Positions 21,071-34,299 of a stretch of DNA of 64,000 nt are shown here, piece after piece. Numbering within the stretch: the stretch's first letter is position 1; every line of letters begins with the position of its first letter. This stretch comes from the human T2T-CHM13v2.0 reference genome, Homo sapiens, in assembly GCF_009914755.1 (NCBI RefSeq), contig NC_060932.1; one strand, 5' to 3'. The position numbers were made by a program, and so were the translations under genes. Below the pieces are notes generated by a model. It saw only the letters and a program-made list of their open reading frames with translations. It ran no database searches and was not told where the DNA came from.

Positions 21071-22040
21071 TGATACATAAATTCTAGGCAGACAGGGGTG
21101 TGACCCTGGCAAAACCCCAGCTTCCAATCGAAAAGCCTGAAACCTGCAGCCCAAAGTAAGAACTTCCATCCCAGTGTGCCTGCTCTCTCCCAGTTGGTTC
21201 TTTCTGAATAATGTCTTTCCACCAACTGAATGTTGCCTCTTCCACAACTACCTATGGCCCACCCTGCCCCCACCCTGTGCCTATAAAGATCCCAGATTCA
21301 GCTGGCAGAGGAAACAAGCGGCTGGACGTCAGGGAGAGGCGGCTTTGACTTCAGAAACAGTGGCTGGGCAACTTGACTTCAAAAGAGACAGGAGGTTTGA
21401 CTTCAGGGGAGTACAACCTGCTTTTCCCGTCCCCTTTCCACCTCCTCTCTCTGCTAAGAGCTACCTTCATCACTCAATAAAATTCTCCACATTCACCATC
21501 CTTCAATTTTTCCACATGACCTCATTCCTCTTGGAAACTGGACAAGAATCTGGGATGCACCAAGTGCAGGTACCCAAAAAGGCTGTCACACTGGCCCTTT
21601 GCGCTCACTGGTAGAGCGCAGCCACCCCACGCCATGAGGCAAAGATCCCACTAAGCTGATATCACACTGCTGTCCAAAAATGGTGGAGCTAAGACAGCAC
21701 TGTAACACACCCTCTGAGGCCTTGGGGTCACAGGCACCCCCACCTGGATGCTGCAACGGGGCATGCATAAAGTTTGCTTCTGCCAACACTAAAGCAGCCG
21801 GCCAGTTCCTGCACTCTCCTGCTTGTGTGCTCCCTCCCAGGGAGGGTGGAGTCCAGCGGACCTGAATGAATTCAGTTTGCACCTACTGGGCTGCTGGCTG
21901 GTTCCTGCACTCACTTGCTCCAGTTCCCATACTCGTTCGCTCGCATGCTCCCTCCTACAAGGAGTTGAGTGGAGTGGGCTGAGTAAATGCGGCACCCCAT
22001 CACAAGTCCCATGAAGTGGTCAAGAAAATATCCTGCATCA
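21071..22040 (+). mobile_element. Solo ERV1-class LTR (MER52/LTR27/LTR28 group), 970 bp
   Basis: TGATAC...TGCATCA termini; 4-bp TSD GTGG/GTAG; TATAAA at 21282; AATAAA at 21476; motif GCAGCCCAAAGTAAGAAC. Confidence 0.8.
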
Positions 22041-22119
22041 GTAGGAGATCTAAAACCAATCTTTTTTGAAGGACAGTGTCATGCAATAGATGCCTTATTA
22101 TAATAGAGTATGGTTTTCT

Positions 22120-22525
22120 ATAGCTGAGAAAGAATCTTCTTCCAAGCTCTCTCATGCAGTTGTAGACAGGATTGTTTCTCATAGGATGTTGGACTAGAAG
22201 GTCTTACTTCCTCACTGCCTCTTTGTCAAGGGCTTCCCTCAGTTCCTTGCAACATGGACCTCTCCATAGAGTGACTTACAACATGGCAGCTGTCTTCCTT
22301 CAAAGCAGGTGAGAGAGCAAAAGAGGCTGAGTACCCAAGACAAAAACCAAAGTCTTCTTTTATAACCAAAGCTTGGAAGTGGTATCCCATTATTTCTGCC
22401 GTATTCTATTCATTGGAAATAAGTCAGTAAGTCTAGCCTACACTCAAGGAGAGGAGTGATATGAGGACATGAATATCTGGTGGTAAAGATCATGGGAAGT
22501 CATCTTAGAGCCACATTCACTATCT
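22120..22525 (-). mobile_element. MLT1-family MaLR LTR fragment
   Basis: CCTCAGTTCCTTGCAACATGGACCTCTCCATAG..ACAACATGGCAGCTG is typical of antisense MLT1. Confidence 0.65.
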
Positions 22526-22599
22526 AGCAGAAGATTCAGGCTTCTAAACAAATAACAGTTTAAGATGCTGAGTAATATTTTTAAAAGCAGATAACCTAG

Positions 22600-23400
22600 A
22601 ATATTCTTATCTGGATCAGAGATGAAAATCTCAGAGAAAGTGACATTTGAACTAAGAATTGACTTTAAGAAAATAGTCACTAGGCAGAGAAAATATTATG
22701 AGCAGAAAAACAGATGCACAGATGTTTATGGCATGTTTCTGGGACTTCAAAGACTTCAGTGAACTTGAAGGATATGTTAGGGAAAGTGGCTGATAATGAG
22801 ACTGCAACAGACTATTGTAGCCTATGGAGTTTCTCGTCTGTTATGCTGAAGAGCTTAAATTCCATCTTATACTTGAAGAGAAGTTAATGAAGGGATTAAA
22901 ATCCTATCTCAGAAAAATAATCCTGGTCACAGAGCGCAGAATAAGTGAAAACAAAAAAGAAAGAACTAGGCCATTCAGGAGCATGCTGTGACAGCATAGA
23001 CAAAGATATGGTACACTACACTAAGCCAGTGGTCATGGGTATGGAGAAGTGGAGACACATAGGACAGATATGGTCAGGGGTTGAAAGAGAGTAAGACATA
23101 AAGAATGACTTCAAGGCTCCTGGCTTGCATGACTAAGCAGATGTTGATGACGTGAATCATAGATGGATGGATGAAAGAGAATGAATTTCTTTCTGGATAT
23201 GTTGAGTTTTAAGAACCCTACAAGACGTCACACATACAGTATGGATAGGCTTTCCTTCATAGACAGTGAAAGGGGGAGGAAATATAAAACAACAATCACT
23301 TGGATGGAGCCAAGTGGGAATGAATTTAGTTTAACAAACATTTGTTGAATGTTTGCTACAGTCTTGGCACTATCTTAAATATGCTATCATAGTGCATTTC
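22600..23400 (-). mobile_element. L2 fragments
   Basis: AGAAAGTGACATTTGAACTAAGA, GAATGACTTCAAGGCTCCTGGCTTG and GGATATGTTGAGTTT are degenerate L2 motifs. Confidence 0.55.
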
Positions 23401-24168
23401 ACCAAAGTACTAACATGTAGATTACATTCTAAAGAAAAATAAAGAACTTCTAAATTATCCTTAAATTCAGATGTACTATTTTAAATAAACTATCATCAGA
23501 ATTAATTCTAGACTTCCAAAATAAACACAGAAATCAAGATGAACATGAAGAAGAAAGGATATTATCAAAATACACACCAAGCAACTATATTCAACCATAT
23601 TTGAATCATGTGTACTGTTTCATTTCCCAGAGTTTGCCTTTTATTGTTATTTATTTTCTCTTGATTCAATTAGGAATGTAGCCTGCAATTTGAAAGCAAT
23701 TCTACATGTTATGTGACTGAGTTTCACACAAACCACTAATAAAATGTAGGAAAAGACAATACTCAATGATTCTCTTATGTATTAATTTGATTACTAGAAT
23801 TAAGTCAGCTAGTTCCATTCCATAGAGTTTAGCACATAATGCTCATGTAGCTTAGGACAGTTTGCAATTCAGAGCTTCGTTAATTAAAGTTTGTAGTTAC
23901 TTGTTAAAATTTTAATTGCACCATGCCATGATTGAGGGTCTTTTAAAAATTAAATTGTGATTTACCCAAGTGGTGCTGAGTTTTTAGTGGGTGTATGTGC
24001 ACACCACACAATTACACACGTTTTAATTAGACAATATTTAAGATATTTTTCCTCATTAATGTGTTCATAGAAAAAAGATATGTGCTGCAGCTGCTTAGTT
24101 TTGGTGGAAGGTCTGTGTGTTCTGGCCCTAGATGCTCCCCTGTTTGCTTTCTTGCACACTCTTCAGAA

Positions 24169-24231
24169 GCATTTGCTTCTCTTCTCGAGGCCTTTGCTTC
24201 TCTTCTCAAGGCCTCTGCTTCTCTTCTCGAG
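24169..24231. repeat. 21-bp tandem repeat, 3 copies (GCCTTTGCTTCTCTTCTCGAG)
   Basis: Units at 24169, 24190 and 24211, each one mismatch from the consensus. Confidence 0.9.
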
Positions 24232-25406
24232 GTCCAAAACTTTACACATTTTACAGAAAATGATGCATATGCCATTGATTTCAATGTTGTCTGTCCACGT
24301 TAACCTCACAGTTTGAACCAAAGATGTTAAATTCCTAAAAAGCCCCTTCCTGATACATTAATACTCTGTCCTGATTTCTGTGTCCAAGCAGTCATCATCA
24401 CAAATCTTTGACAGTTCTAATGATGACAATAACCAGGGAAATGGGGAAGTGTGAAGTCTTTTTAAAATTGTCCTCAACATATACAGAACTCCTCTTCCTA
24501 GTGAGTGAAAGAAAGGGTTATGTTTTCAACCATATGGAAATTAACACCTCCAAAACCAAGAAAATGTCTTCAATTTTGTGGAGTAGGATAAACATTGGAT
24601 GTGGTAGATGTTGAATTAAAGCAGTTCCCTCAGTTTTACACTTTGTCCAAAATAGCTATAAAAATTTTTACCTTTCCTTATATTTAGACCTGAAAAAATA
24701 CTATAATAGACAAAATACATTTATTCAACTAGCTTTGCCTTTTCCTTTAATTCCAATTTAGTTGGCTTTTTATAGAAATGTGCTTGCAAGTGAATTTTGA
24801 TTTCTTAAGCTTTTCTATTAATTCTTGAAATGCCCCAGTGTATATTTTCATTTTTTACATGCAACCTGATAGAAAATCCATAGAACTCAGAGACTTAGGA
24901 AAAAATGTAAGCACATTAGTAAACAAATTTCTCAAAATTGGAAAGAGTTGTGTCTAATATACTGTTGATTTAAATATAAGAAGAGTGATTGAATAAATAA
25001 ATGAATGATTGGGCTGCATAAATGAAACATGGCCCTGTATTCAAAATAAGAGAATCAAGGAAGGGAGAATGGGTAGGCACTGGAATTAGATAGATCTACC
25101 CACCCTGGCATGGCTCTGGGCAGATGGAAGGGCAAGCCAAAATGGAGTGATTTCAGTGTTGAGATGTGCCAGTGTAGAGAATCCAATCTGACAATGCTCA
25201 GAATCCAAGTTAGATCAAGGCCCCTTGGAGTAAACTCCAAGATATGATAAGCAAAAGCAAGACAAAGCTACAGTGTCAAGGGATAAGAAACGGGATCTCA
25301 GAAGCAGTAGGTGTGAATGGAAAGCAAAGACAAGGCTCATAGGTTTCACTTTGAGTGAGCTGGAGCATGCAAAGTGAGGAAAACCAACGCAATAAATGTT
25401 GTTGTT

Positions 25407-25550
25407 GAAGAAGAAGATAGAAGATAGAGGAAGAAGAAGGAGGAGGAGGGGGAGAAAAAGATGAAGAAGAAAAAAAGAAGAGGAGGAGGAGGAGGAGGAG
25501 AAGGAGGAGGAGGAGGAGGAGGAAGAGGAGGAAGAAAGTGCAGAAGGAGG
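25407..25550. repeat. GA-rich (GGA/GAA)n low-complexity polypurine tract
   Basis: Directly visible. Confidence 0.9.
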
Positions 25551-26080
25551 AAAACTACCTACATAAGGTTATTGATAGAATAAAAATGAGTGCAAACAGT
25601 TTTAAAGTGTTTTTGCACAATGACTGCCATCTGGTAAATACTTCATAAATTATCATTACTGTTATTACCTTTTAAAAAATCATTTCACTATAGTAAACAG
25701 CTGCTAAAAACTCAAGACAAGAGAGTAGATATGAGATGCATTCCTACCAATGAGATGGTAAAGCTTAAGTCTCAGTCAGAAAACTGATTGACTCAAAAGA
25801 CAATAAGAATTCTATGTAGAGACTTAAGGAAGCAGCATAGCACCCAAACCGAGATAAGTTGGTCCAGGGATAATATTAATAGTATGTGTCTCAAGGATAA
25901 ACTGGAGAAAGTGAGGCAAAGTTATCCAGTGAAGTTTTTACTTACACACTTATACAATTATCAGCCAATTAGCTTCACCTCCTATTAGTTGGTTCATGGG
26001 TGTCGAGCACAAAAAAACTATACAAATTTTCATTTTAAAATATTTGAATTTTTGGCTCATTGGGTTGCAAAAGATCTTCT

Positions 26081-26306
<226 letters not shown>

Positions 26307-26749
26307 ACTCAAATATCAGCTTTTCTTTACCAATTATCTCAAGGTTTAAGAAAAATGAAAAAACATTTTCATACCTCAAAGGATTAGTGACTCTTAGCTT
26401 ACCTGAGTTTTATTACTTAAATTAGCTTACCTGAGTTTTTGAGTTTTTAACTTTTGCAATGGGTTCCATGCAGTTTATTCCACGCAATTCCAATTTATTT
26501 TTATGAATTGCCACCTAACATCAGTATCTTTGGGGTTTGGACATCTCATTTATCATTGGTAACCAAGGACTCCTGGATGAGTGACATTTTTCAGAAAGCT
26601 GAAACTTATTCCATAAAAATGTGAAAATATTTATTTTAATTGCTTTGACTTACATATTTTTCTACCTTAATAGAAGATATTAAAAATAATTTAACCTCTT
26701 GGATAACCCAAGATCATGATTTGAGATTTCATTACTAGTAGTAATAAGA

Positions 26750-26940
26750 TAAATAGATTTGAGTCAGAAAACCTAGAATTAAGATCTGGTTCTGCCATCT
26801 ATGTCCACGTAACTTTGGACAAGTAACTTAACTAATTTGAGATACCAATGTTTTCATCTGCAAAATTGGTATCAATAATACATAACTCATATTATGTTGT
26901 TGTCGTGGTTGGGTGAAATAATATGAAATATATAAAAGAC
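26750..26940 (+). mobile_element. MIR
   Basis: GAGTCAGAAAACCTAG..ACTTTGGACAAGTAACTTAAC..TTTTCATCTGCAAAAT core. Confidence 0.7.
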
Positions 26941-27056
26941 TATCATTTATGATTTCCTCTTACTATAGGCTTACTGGGTAATATGCTTTTTGTTGATATA
27001 AATTTTTTTCCCAGAAAGATATTCCATTTGAAGTATTATGTTTACCAATTGAGGTG

Positions 27057-27428
27057 TGATATGGTTTGGCTGTGTCCCCACTCAAATCTCATCTTGAACT
27101 ATGGAGCTACAGCTCCCATAGTTCCCACGTGTTGTGGGAGGGATAAGGTGGCAGGTAATTGAATCATGGTGGTGGGTCTTTCCGGTGCTGTTCTCATGAT
27201 AGTGAACAAGTCTCACTAGATCTCATGGTTTTATAAAGGGGAGTCCCCCTACACAAGCTCTCTTCCCTGCCATCATGTAAGATGTGACTTTGCTCCTCAT
27301 TCACCTTCCGCCATGATTGTGAGGCCTCCCCAGCCATGTAGAACTACAAGTCCATTAAACCGCTTTCCTTTACAAATTGCCCAGTCTTGGGTATGTCTTT
27401 ATTAGCAGTGTGAGAACAGACTAATACA
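27057..27428 (+). mobile_element. THE1 (THE1C-like) solo MaLR LTR
   Basis: TGATATGGTTTGGCTGTGTCCCCAC...GACTAATACA; 5-bp TSD AGGTG/AGATG. Confidence 0.92.
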
Positions 27429-27437
27429 AGATGGTAA

Positions 27438-27760
27438 CTTTTTTGTTTTGTTTTTGTTTTTGTTTTTGAGACGGAGTCTTGCTCCGTCGCCCAGGTTGGA
27501 GTGCAGTGGCGGCGCCATCTCGGCTCACTGCAAGCTCCGCCTCCCAGGTTCACACCATTCTTCTGCCTCAGCCTCCTGAGTAGCTGGGACTACAGGTGCA
27601 AGCCACCTTTCCCAGCTAGTTTTTCTATTTTTTTTGTAGACATGGAGTTTCGCCATGTTGCCCAGGCTGGTCTTGAACACCTGAGCTCAGAGCTCAAGTG
27701 ATTCGCCCACCTTGTCTTCCCAAGGTGATGGGATTACAGCGTGAGCCACCGGACCTGGCC
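27438..27760 (-). mobile_element. Alu, chimeric (AluY-type right arm, AluJ-type left arm)
   Basis: GCAAGCTCCGCCTCCCAGGTTCACACCATTCT (Y diagnostics) joined to TTTGTAGACATGG..GTTGCCCAGGCTGG..GAGCTCAAGTGAT (J diagnostics). Confidence 0.85.
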
Positions 27761-27899
27761 TCAGTCTTACAATTTTTAATCTTCCTTTTGCCAACTAAAA
27801 GTTGTGGCAATTGGCAATTGGCAGGAAAATTCCACAAGCACCTGTCTCTCTGGCAATGTATTCAGTCGTCCCTCCTATTACTCTCCATGTACTGTCCAT

Positions 27900-29615
27900 C
27901 CCCTTACCTTCTATGCCTGCTCACTGTTTTGCCCAGTAATTCTCTACCCTCTCCCCTGCATTATCATTTCCCATTTTCATTGGATAAATCTCAAGAGCAT
28001 ACAAACATGTTGTGATTTCTCCCATCTTATTAAATTTAAAAAACTCTTGACCCTCCATCTCCTACAGCTACTCCCTACTTCTCTGTCTCTCTTTTTGACA
28101 AAAATTTTTTTAAATGTTTTTAATATAGAGAGAATATAGAGCATTCTCGGTATTCATTCTCTGCAGTCAGTTCCTCTTTTCCAATTATCTCCAAAATTTC
28201 TTGCAGCTAGTGTTTTGGCCAGTCCACTCTCATAAAACTTTTTCAACATGACCATGACCTCCAATGGCTTGCACGTTGTTGTTCCTCACCTTATTTGACC
28301 CTGTTAGCAGCATTTAACACATTGATTGCTGGCTTCCTTGAAACAGTTCTTTAATTTGGGTTCTAGGACACTGTGTTCTTCTCCTTTGCCTCCTGCAATT
28401 CACTGACCACATCTTCTCAGTCTGTTGTTCTTGTTATTCCTCAGCTCCTAAATCTCGTGATTTTATAGCACTCTGGGGATTCATGGTTAATCTTAACCAT
28501 ACACATGGTATTAAATATCATTTAATTCTGAAAACTCCCACAGTTGCACCTCTAGCCTGGACCTCACCCCTAAACTCTGGATTCTTGTATCCAGTTGCCA
28601 ACTTGACCCCTTTCTTGGGTGACTGATGGATGTGTCACACCTCACATGTAAAAACTATGTTCTTATTCTTATATCCCTGGCATATTCCTTCTACAGCCTT
28701 CCCTCTCAGTTAACGACAACTAAATTTTTCCTGTTGCTCAGGCCACAATTTTGGGTTCATTCTTGACTTCTCTTTCTCTCTCGTATTCCACTCAGCAAAT
28801 CTTTTTGGCTCTCCCTTCAAAGTATACCCAGGGTGTGACCACTTCTCACCCCTTCGTCACTCCCATGGTCCAAGCCTTCAAGATCTCTCCTTTGAACTAC
28901 TTCAATAGCCTCAACTGCTTTTTCCCTCTGATCTTAGCCTCCTAGAGTCTATTCTATTCAGAGCCACCCTGCTGAAAGGGACCGTTTATCTCCTCTGTAC
29001 AATCCAACCCTCCACCCCAGTGTCTTACTCAAAATACACGCTCTTCCTGATGTAGTAACCTCCTGCCGCCTGCCCCTCCTGCCCCCTTCCTTGTGGTGTG
29101 CTAGCCCCACTAGCCTGTTTGCTGAGTCTTGAACATGGCAGGTGGCTCCCTGCTCAAGGCCTCCCTATTCGTGGTCTCTATACTTGCTGTTCCTTCAAGC
29201 AATTGATCACATAAAACAGATAACAAGCCGTTAATGACTTTCAAGTTGTCTGGAATGTTTTTTACTCAAATACTCCAAAGCATAATACCTCATCTTCTTT
29301 AAGTCTTTGCTTAAAGATTATGTACCATGTGATTATGTAACTCATGGTACATAATCAGTTCTCTGATTACCTTATGTAAAACAGTACTGTCTATTCCCTT
29401 TCTCTGATTTATTTATCTCCATAGCCCTTCTCACCACTCACATAGGATATATCTTGCTTTCTTGTTAAATTATTTTATTTATTTAATGCTTATTGTCTTT
29501 CTCTCCCATTCATATGAACAGCAGTTTTTTCTTTATTTTCTTCACTGCTTTAGCTCCAAGGCCTGGAACAGTGCCTGGCACATATTAGGTATTAAATAAA
29601 TGTTTGCTAAAAGAA
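27900..29615 (+). mobile_element. L2 (L2a-like) 3' portion
   Basis: Degenerate L2 body ending GGAACAGTGCCTGGCACATATTAGGTATTAAATAAATGTTTG. Confidence 0.7.
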
Positions 29616-30379
29616 CACTGAGTGAGAAAGAAAAATAAAAGAAAGAAAAATAAACTAGCTATTTCAGGAATAATCAAGTTCACTGACACGAACAACTCAT
29701 ATTCTGTTCATAATATTATTAATAACATTCTTAATATTTTCTATGACAAATACAAAAAGAATTCATGGACCAAAAAATCCGTATTTTTAACTCTGAAAAG
29801 ATAGTCTTCTTAAGAATGTATAAAATGTCTCTGAATTTGGCATGTTTGTCAATTAGTCTTCATCTCTTTTGTGAAACAGCAAGAAAAAAAAATCTAAGTG
29901 AAAGCAAACCATTGATCATAGGAGACAGAGAACAAGCTGTTAATGAGTTTCAAGTTGTTACAATGTACGTGTTAAGGCACAATTGAAGGTGCTGATACAT
30001 CTCTTAGGTTCTGTGTGATTTTGAACAGGCACAGCTATTTCAATGATTCACTTGATCTCACTAACACTTTCCCAAGGACTCAGTTCATTTCTAAGAGCTT
30101 TTATTGAAGGCTTATGTAGCCAATACTTGGAGTGTACTTTTAGATGAAAGAGGAGAACTACCTAAGGATACCAGGCTGGGCTTCCTTTTGCAATGCAAAT
30201 AAAATTCTTCAGTCCCCAGTTTTTGTGCATTGTATAAATACATTACATAGATAGTCACTCCTTAGGGAGAGATCAACAGCCCCTTATGTTAACAAAAGTA
30301 AATGATTTTACATCAGAATAATATGGAGAGACACCAGGGTAGAACTGGAGCCTGAGAGGTTGGGTGATCAAGGGAAAAC

Positions 30380-30394
30380 GAATTGGGCTCTGGT

Positions 30395-30438
<44 letters not shown>

Positions 30439-30630
30439 GATTTGTGTCCCAAACTTCACTACTTTTAAACTATGTGACATTGCACAATGTGTTTAACCTT
30501 TCTAAGCCCCATTCCCTAACATATGAAATAGAGTTGAGAAAAATCCTTAGTCCTTGTAGACATATAGATTAAAGATAATGTATGAAAAGCACCAGCTACA
30601 ACGTCTGCACATAGTAGATGTTCAATAATG
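30380..30630 (+). mobile_element. MIR containing a CA microsatellite
   Basis: CTATGTGACATTGCACAATGTGTTTAACCTTTCTAAGCC core; GCACATAGTAGATGTTCAATAA end. Confidence 0.65.
30396..30436. repeat. (CA)20 microsatellite
   Basis: Directly visible. Confidence 0.97.
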
Positions 30631-30929
30631 GTAGAGATCATAAACAAGCAGAAAAAAAAAGCAGGAAGACTAACATTTATTGGCAACCTGCTTAAGACTC
30701 AAAATATCTATTCTGTGATACTTAGGAAAACTTCGACACTTTGATCTCTTCTGCAAACACATTCCCAAACTTTTCACTTTCGTTTGCTTCCTCTATGTCC
30801 TTGCATTTGTCTTGGTACCATATATTCATAGAGAAGCAAAAAGAAAAATGATGGCCGGCTCGCTCAACCCCGGCTCAGGCCCTAAGAGACTGTAGGGAAG
30901 GATAAAAGAGATAACAGAATACACAGTGA

Positions 30930-32730
30930 AATTTTAGCTCTTGTATGGTGGCGTAACTCCCTTACGGAACCATCTTCCCACCCATAACAACTACAGAACC
31001 AGGGGAAAAAAATCAAACCTAATAATCTTGACAAGTAAACAACAGCAGGCAGATTATGGAGGTAATTGGAACCTCGGAGCAGCAACAAAAGAATGGGGGT
31101 GGGTTTTGTGTTCCTTTATGGCTTTGACTCAAAGTTGGGGTACGGTTGCAGAATCTCGCTGCAGTACAGGAAGCTAAAACTATGTGGGAAGCCCCATCGT
31201 CTTTCTGACTGCAGGAACCAAGGAAAGAAGCTAGGACAACAGCCACCGTGGGAAAATGAGGAGGGAATCCCAGAAAGTAGAGAAGCAGATGAATAGATCC
31301 CCTAACCCTATGTACAAAAACCAAAAATAGTTCAGGTTGACCCCTTAACCATACGCGTGTGAGACAGACACCAGGTTAGCTGGTATTTAAAAAAAGAAAA
31401 CGTTAGCAAAATTCCTCAGAGGAATATAAAATAACTCGAAGTCTATATAACAAAACATTGAGAATATCCAGATGGAATCCAAAATAAAATATAAAGAACG
31501 AGAAAAATACAACACATTCTCAATGACTTAAAGTTCCACATCAAGAAGCTATATTTAAAATTTAAAACTCATATCAGACAAAGGACTTGAAACCAGAATA
31601 AAGAATTCTTACAATATGCCCATTTAAAACTAGGCAAAATATTTGACAGACATTTCACAAAAAAAGATATACACATGAATAATAAGTGCATTAAAATGTT
31701 TATCACCATTTGTCATCAAGAAGAAAAATTAAAACAATAAGATACCATTAAACATCATGTATTTATTTATTTATTTTTAAAATATTTTTTGAGGCTGCAA
31801 CTTTAAACTCCTGGGCTCAAGCGATCCTTCTGCCTCGGCCTCCCAAGTAGCTAGGACCACAGGTGCAAACCACTATGCCCAGGTAATTTTAACTCTTTTG
31901 TAGACAAAGAGGGGTCTCACAGTGTTGCTCAGGTTGGTCCTGAACTCCTGGCCTCAAGTGATCCACGCTGGCCTCCCAAAGTGCTGGAATTACTGACATG
32001 AGCCACTGCACCCAGCCTGAACATCTTTTAGAATAGCTAAAATGTTCTTAAAAATTGGCGATATCAGGTGTTGAGGGTATTGTGTCCTCGTAAGCCACTT
32101 GTGGGAATGTAAAAGCATACAACCACCTTAGAAAACACTTTAGCAGACTTTTGGAAAGTTAGACATATGCCACCCATAACCCAGCCATCCCACCTCTAGA
32201 ATCTACCAACTAGAAATGAAAACGTATGTCCACACAAAGACCTGCACACAAATATTCATAGCAGCTTCATTTGCAATGATCTCAAACTCGAAATAACCCA
32301 AATGTTCATCAGCAATGAATAAGGAAAATATGGTATAACCATATAATGGAATAGTATTCAGCTACCAAAAGGTACTTCCCTACTAATACATGCATCAATG
32401 TGGAGTTACTCCGGAAATTATTACATCTAATAAAATAATCCATTATATCTTTAAAAAGAGTGCCTACTGTATATTTCCATTTTTATAGAAGTTTAGAAAA
32501 TCTAAGTTTACCTATAATCGACCAGAGGTTGCCTGAGGTAAGAAATGCAGTGAAAGACAAAGTGTAAGTGACACGGAGGAACTTTTGGAGGTGATGGAAA
32601 CATTTGGTACCTTAGTTGTGGTAATAGATTTTTAGTGTAAATATATGTCAAAACTTATCAAATCGTTCACTTTAAATATGTGCAGTTTTATCGTATATGA
32701 ATTTTACCTTAACAAGAAATAAAACATTAA
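30930..32730 (+). mobile_element. Old L1M (MC/ME-like) fragments including the 3' end, split by an Alu
   Basis: GTCCACACAAAGACCTGCACACAAATATTCATAGCAGC and GTCAAAACTTATCAAATCGTTCACTTTAAATATGTGCAG 3'-end motifs. The 5' part is less certain. Confidence 0.7.
31760..32017 (-). mobile_element. AluJ with internal deletion
   Basis: AACTCCTGGGCTCAAGCGATCC..CCTCCCAAAGTGCTGG..GAGCCACTGCACCCAGCC; (ATTT)n tail. Confidence 0.85.
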
Positions 32731-32840
32731 GATAATAAATGCTACTTGTGTTTTAAAAAGAAGATATGGTACCTACTTTCAAAGATTTTTATAATCTGGA
32801 AGTAGAGTGAGATGAAACAATAATTTAAAAAAAATTAAGG

Positions 32841-33136
32841 GGTCTGGCATGGTGGCTTATCCCAGTAATCCCAGCACTTTGGGAGGCCAAAGTGGGAGAA
32901 TTGCTTGAGGCCATGGAATTCAGGGCCCATCTGGGCAACATAGTGAAAATCCTCTGTCTCTACAAAAATAAAAAATAAAAAAATTACCTGAGTGTGGTGG
33001 TGGACACCTGTGGTCCCAGCTACTCAGGAGGCTGAGGTGGGAGGATTGCTTGAGTGGGAAGTCAAAGCTGCATTAAGCTGACTGTACCACTGCACTCCAG
33101 CCTGGGTGACTAAGACCTTCTCTCAAAAAATAAAAT
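32841..33136 (+). mobile_element. AluJ
   Basis: CTGGGCAACATAGTGA and GAGGTGGGAGGATTGCTTGAG diagnostics; A-rich tail. Confidence 0.9.
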
Positions 33137-33894
33137 AGGGGTAAGATACAATAGCTCTCAAAAGTGAAAATAAATACAATAATTTTGAGTTTGGAAATGT
33201 AAGCTAATAAATCTTAAAGTCTAGTTTTTGAGTGAATAAGCAAGGCTTACTCACCATTTATGACTTTGTTCATACAAAGGTAACCTGTGAATCTGATTAT
33301 TAGCGTTCAAAGAACAAAGGAGGTGCTAGTTGTGTGTTTAAGCTTTAATTGAAATACACATTAGAACTATGTTTGAAAATAGACCTTAAAAATTCTCCAG
33401 TGCTTATTCCAGAGCTCTGCATCTGTGGACCTTCCATTTTTGATCATTAGGACAATGTTGGTAGAAACCACAGTTTTTTCCTCTAAAGACATTTTTTCCT
33501 AATGTACAAGCCTCAAAAAGTAAGTCTCCAGGATTTCATGGCACCTTGAGCCTCCATCTTTTGGCTCAGTCACTGAAAGGGACTTTGTTATAGGCCACCA
33601 AGCGTTTATCAAATATTCATGACAGGTCTGGCACTGTGCTAGGCATTTTGGAGAAGAAAGGGGTACATGGAAAGAGTCACTATACCTGCTTCCATTCATG
33701 TAAAAATTAACTTTGAATACATACAACAGTTAAGGAATAACAGCAGTATAATAAATACCTTGTAGTGGTTAAACTATAAATGCAATTAAAAGAGCAAAGA
33801 AGGCAACACTGAGACAGAGAAATAAGCAAAGGGTCTTGAGTCTGGACTTGAGAAAGGTAGAGGGAAATCAGCAGAAGTGGGAGAAAAATTCACT

Positions 33895-34130
33895 ATCATT
33901 CATTCATTCAATGAATATTAAGAATCTACCATGCCGAGGCACTGAGCAAAATACTAAGAACACAGTAGTGAACAAAAATGCACTAATCCTTGCCCCCATA
34001 GGTTGCTCCCAGCCTACTAGAAGAAGCAGTTATTGAATAAACAGATATGCAAATAAAAATACAATTGCAAAAGATTATTAGTGCTGTGAAGGAACAGTGC
34101 ACAGGTGGAAAAGATGCAAGAGCCGAGGAG
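33895..34130 (-). mobile_element. L2 3' end
   Basis: CATTCATTCAATGAATATT..CTACCATGCCGAGGCACTG. Confidence 0.6.
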
Positions 34131-34299
34131 AGAGGACATGAGCAGAACACACAAAGCCCCCAGGGGATGTTCAGGATTCCAGATTTTAAGTGCAACATTG
34201 TGACCAGCTGGTGAAGAAAGCATGCCCTCTAAGGTCAAATAAAGTTGACTAAATAAAGGGTACACTAGGCTGCTACCGAAGAACAACTTCACTCCAGTC

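Noticed and set aside
26394-26439. 18-bp direct repeat TTAGCTTACCTGAGTTTT x2
   Set aside because: Ordinary local slippage duplication; not array-like.
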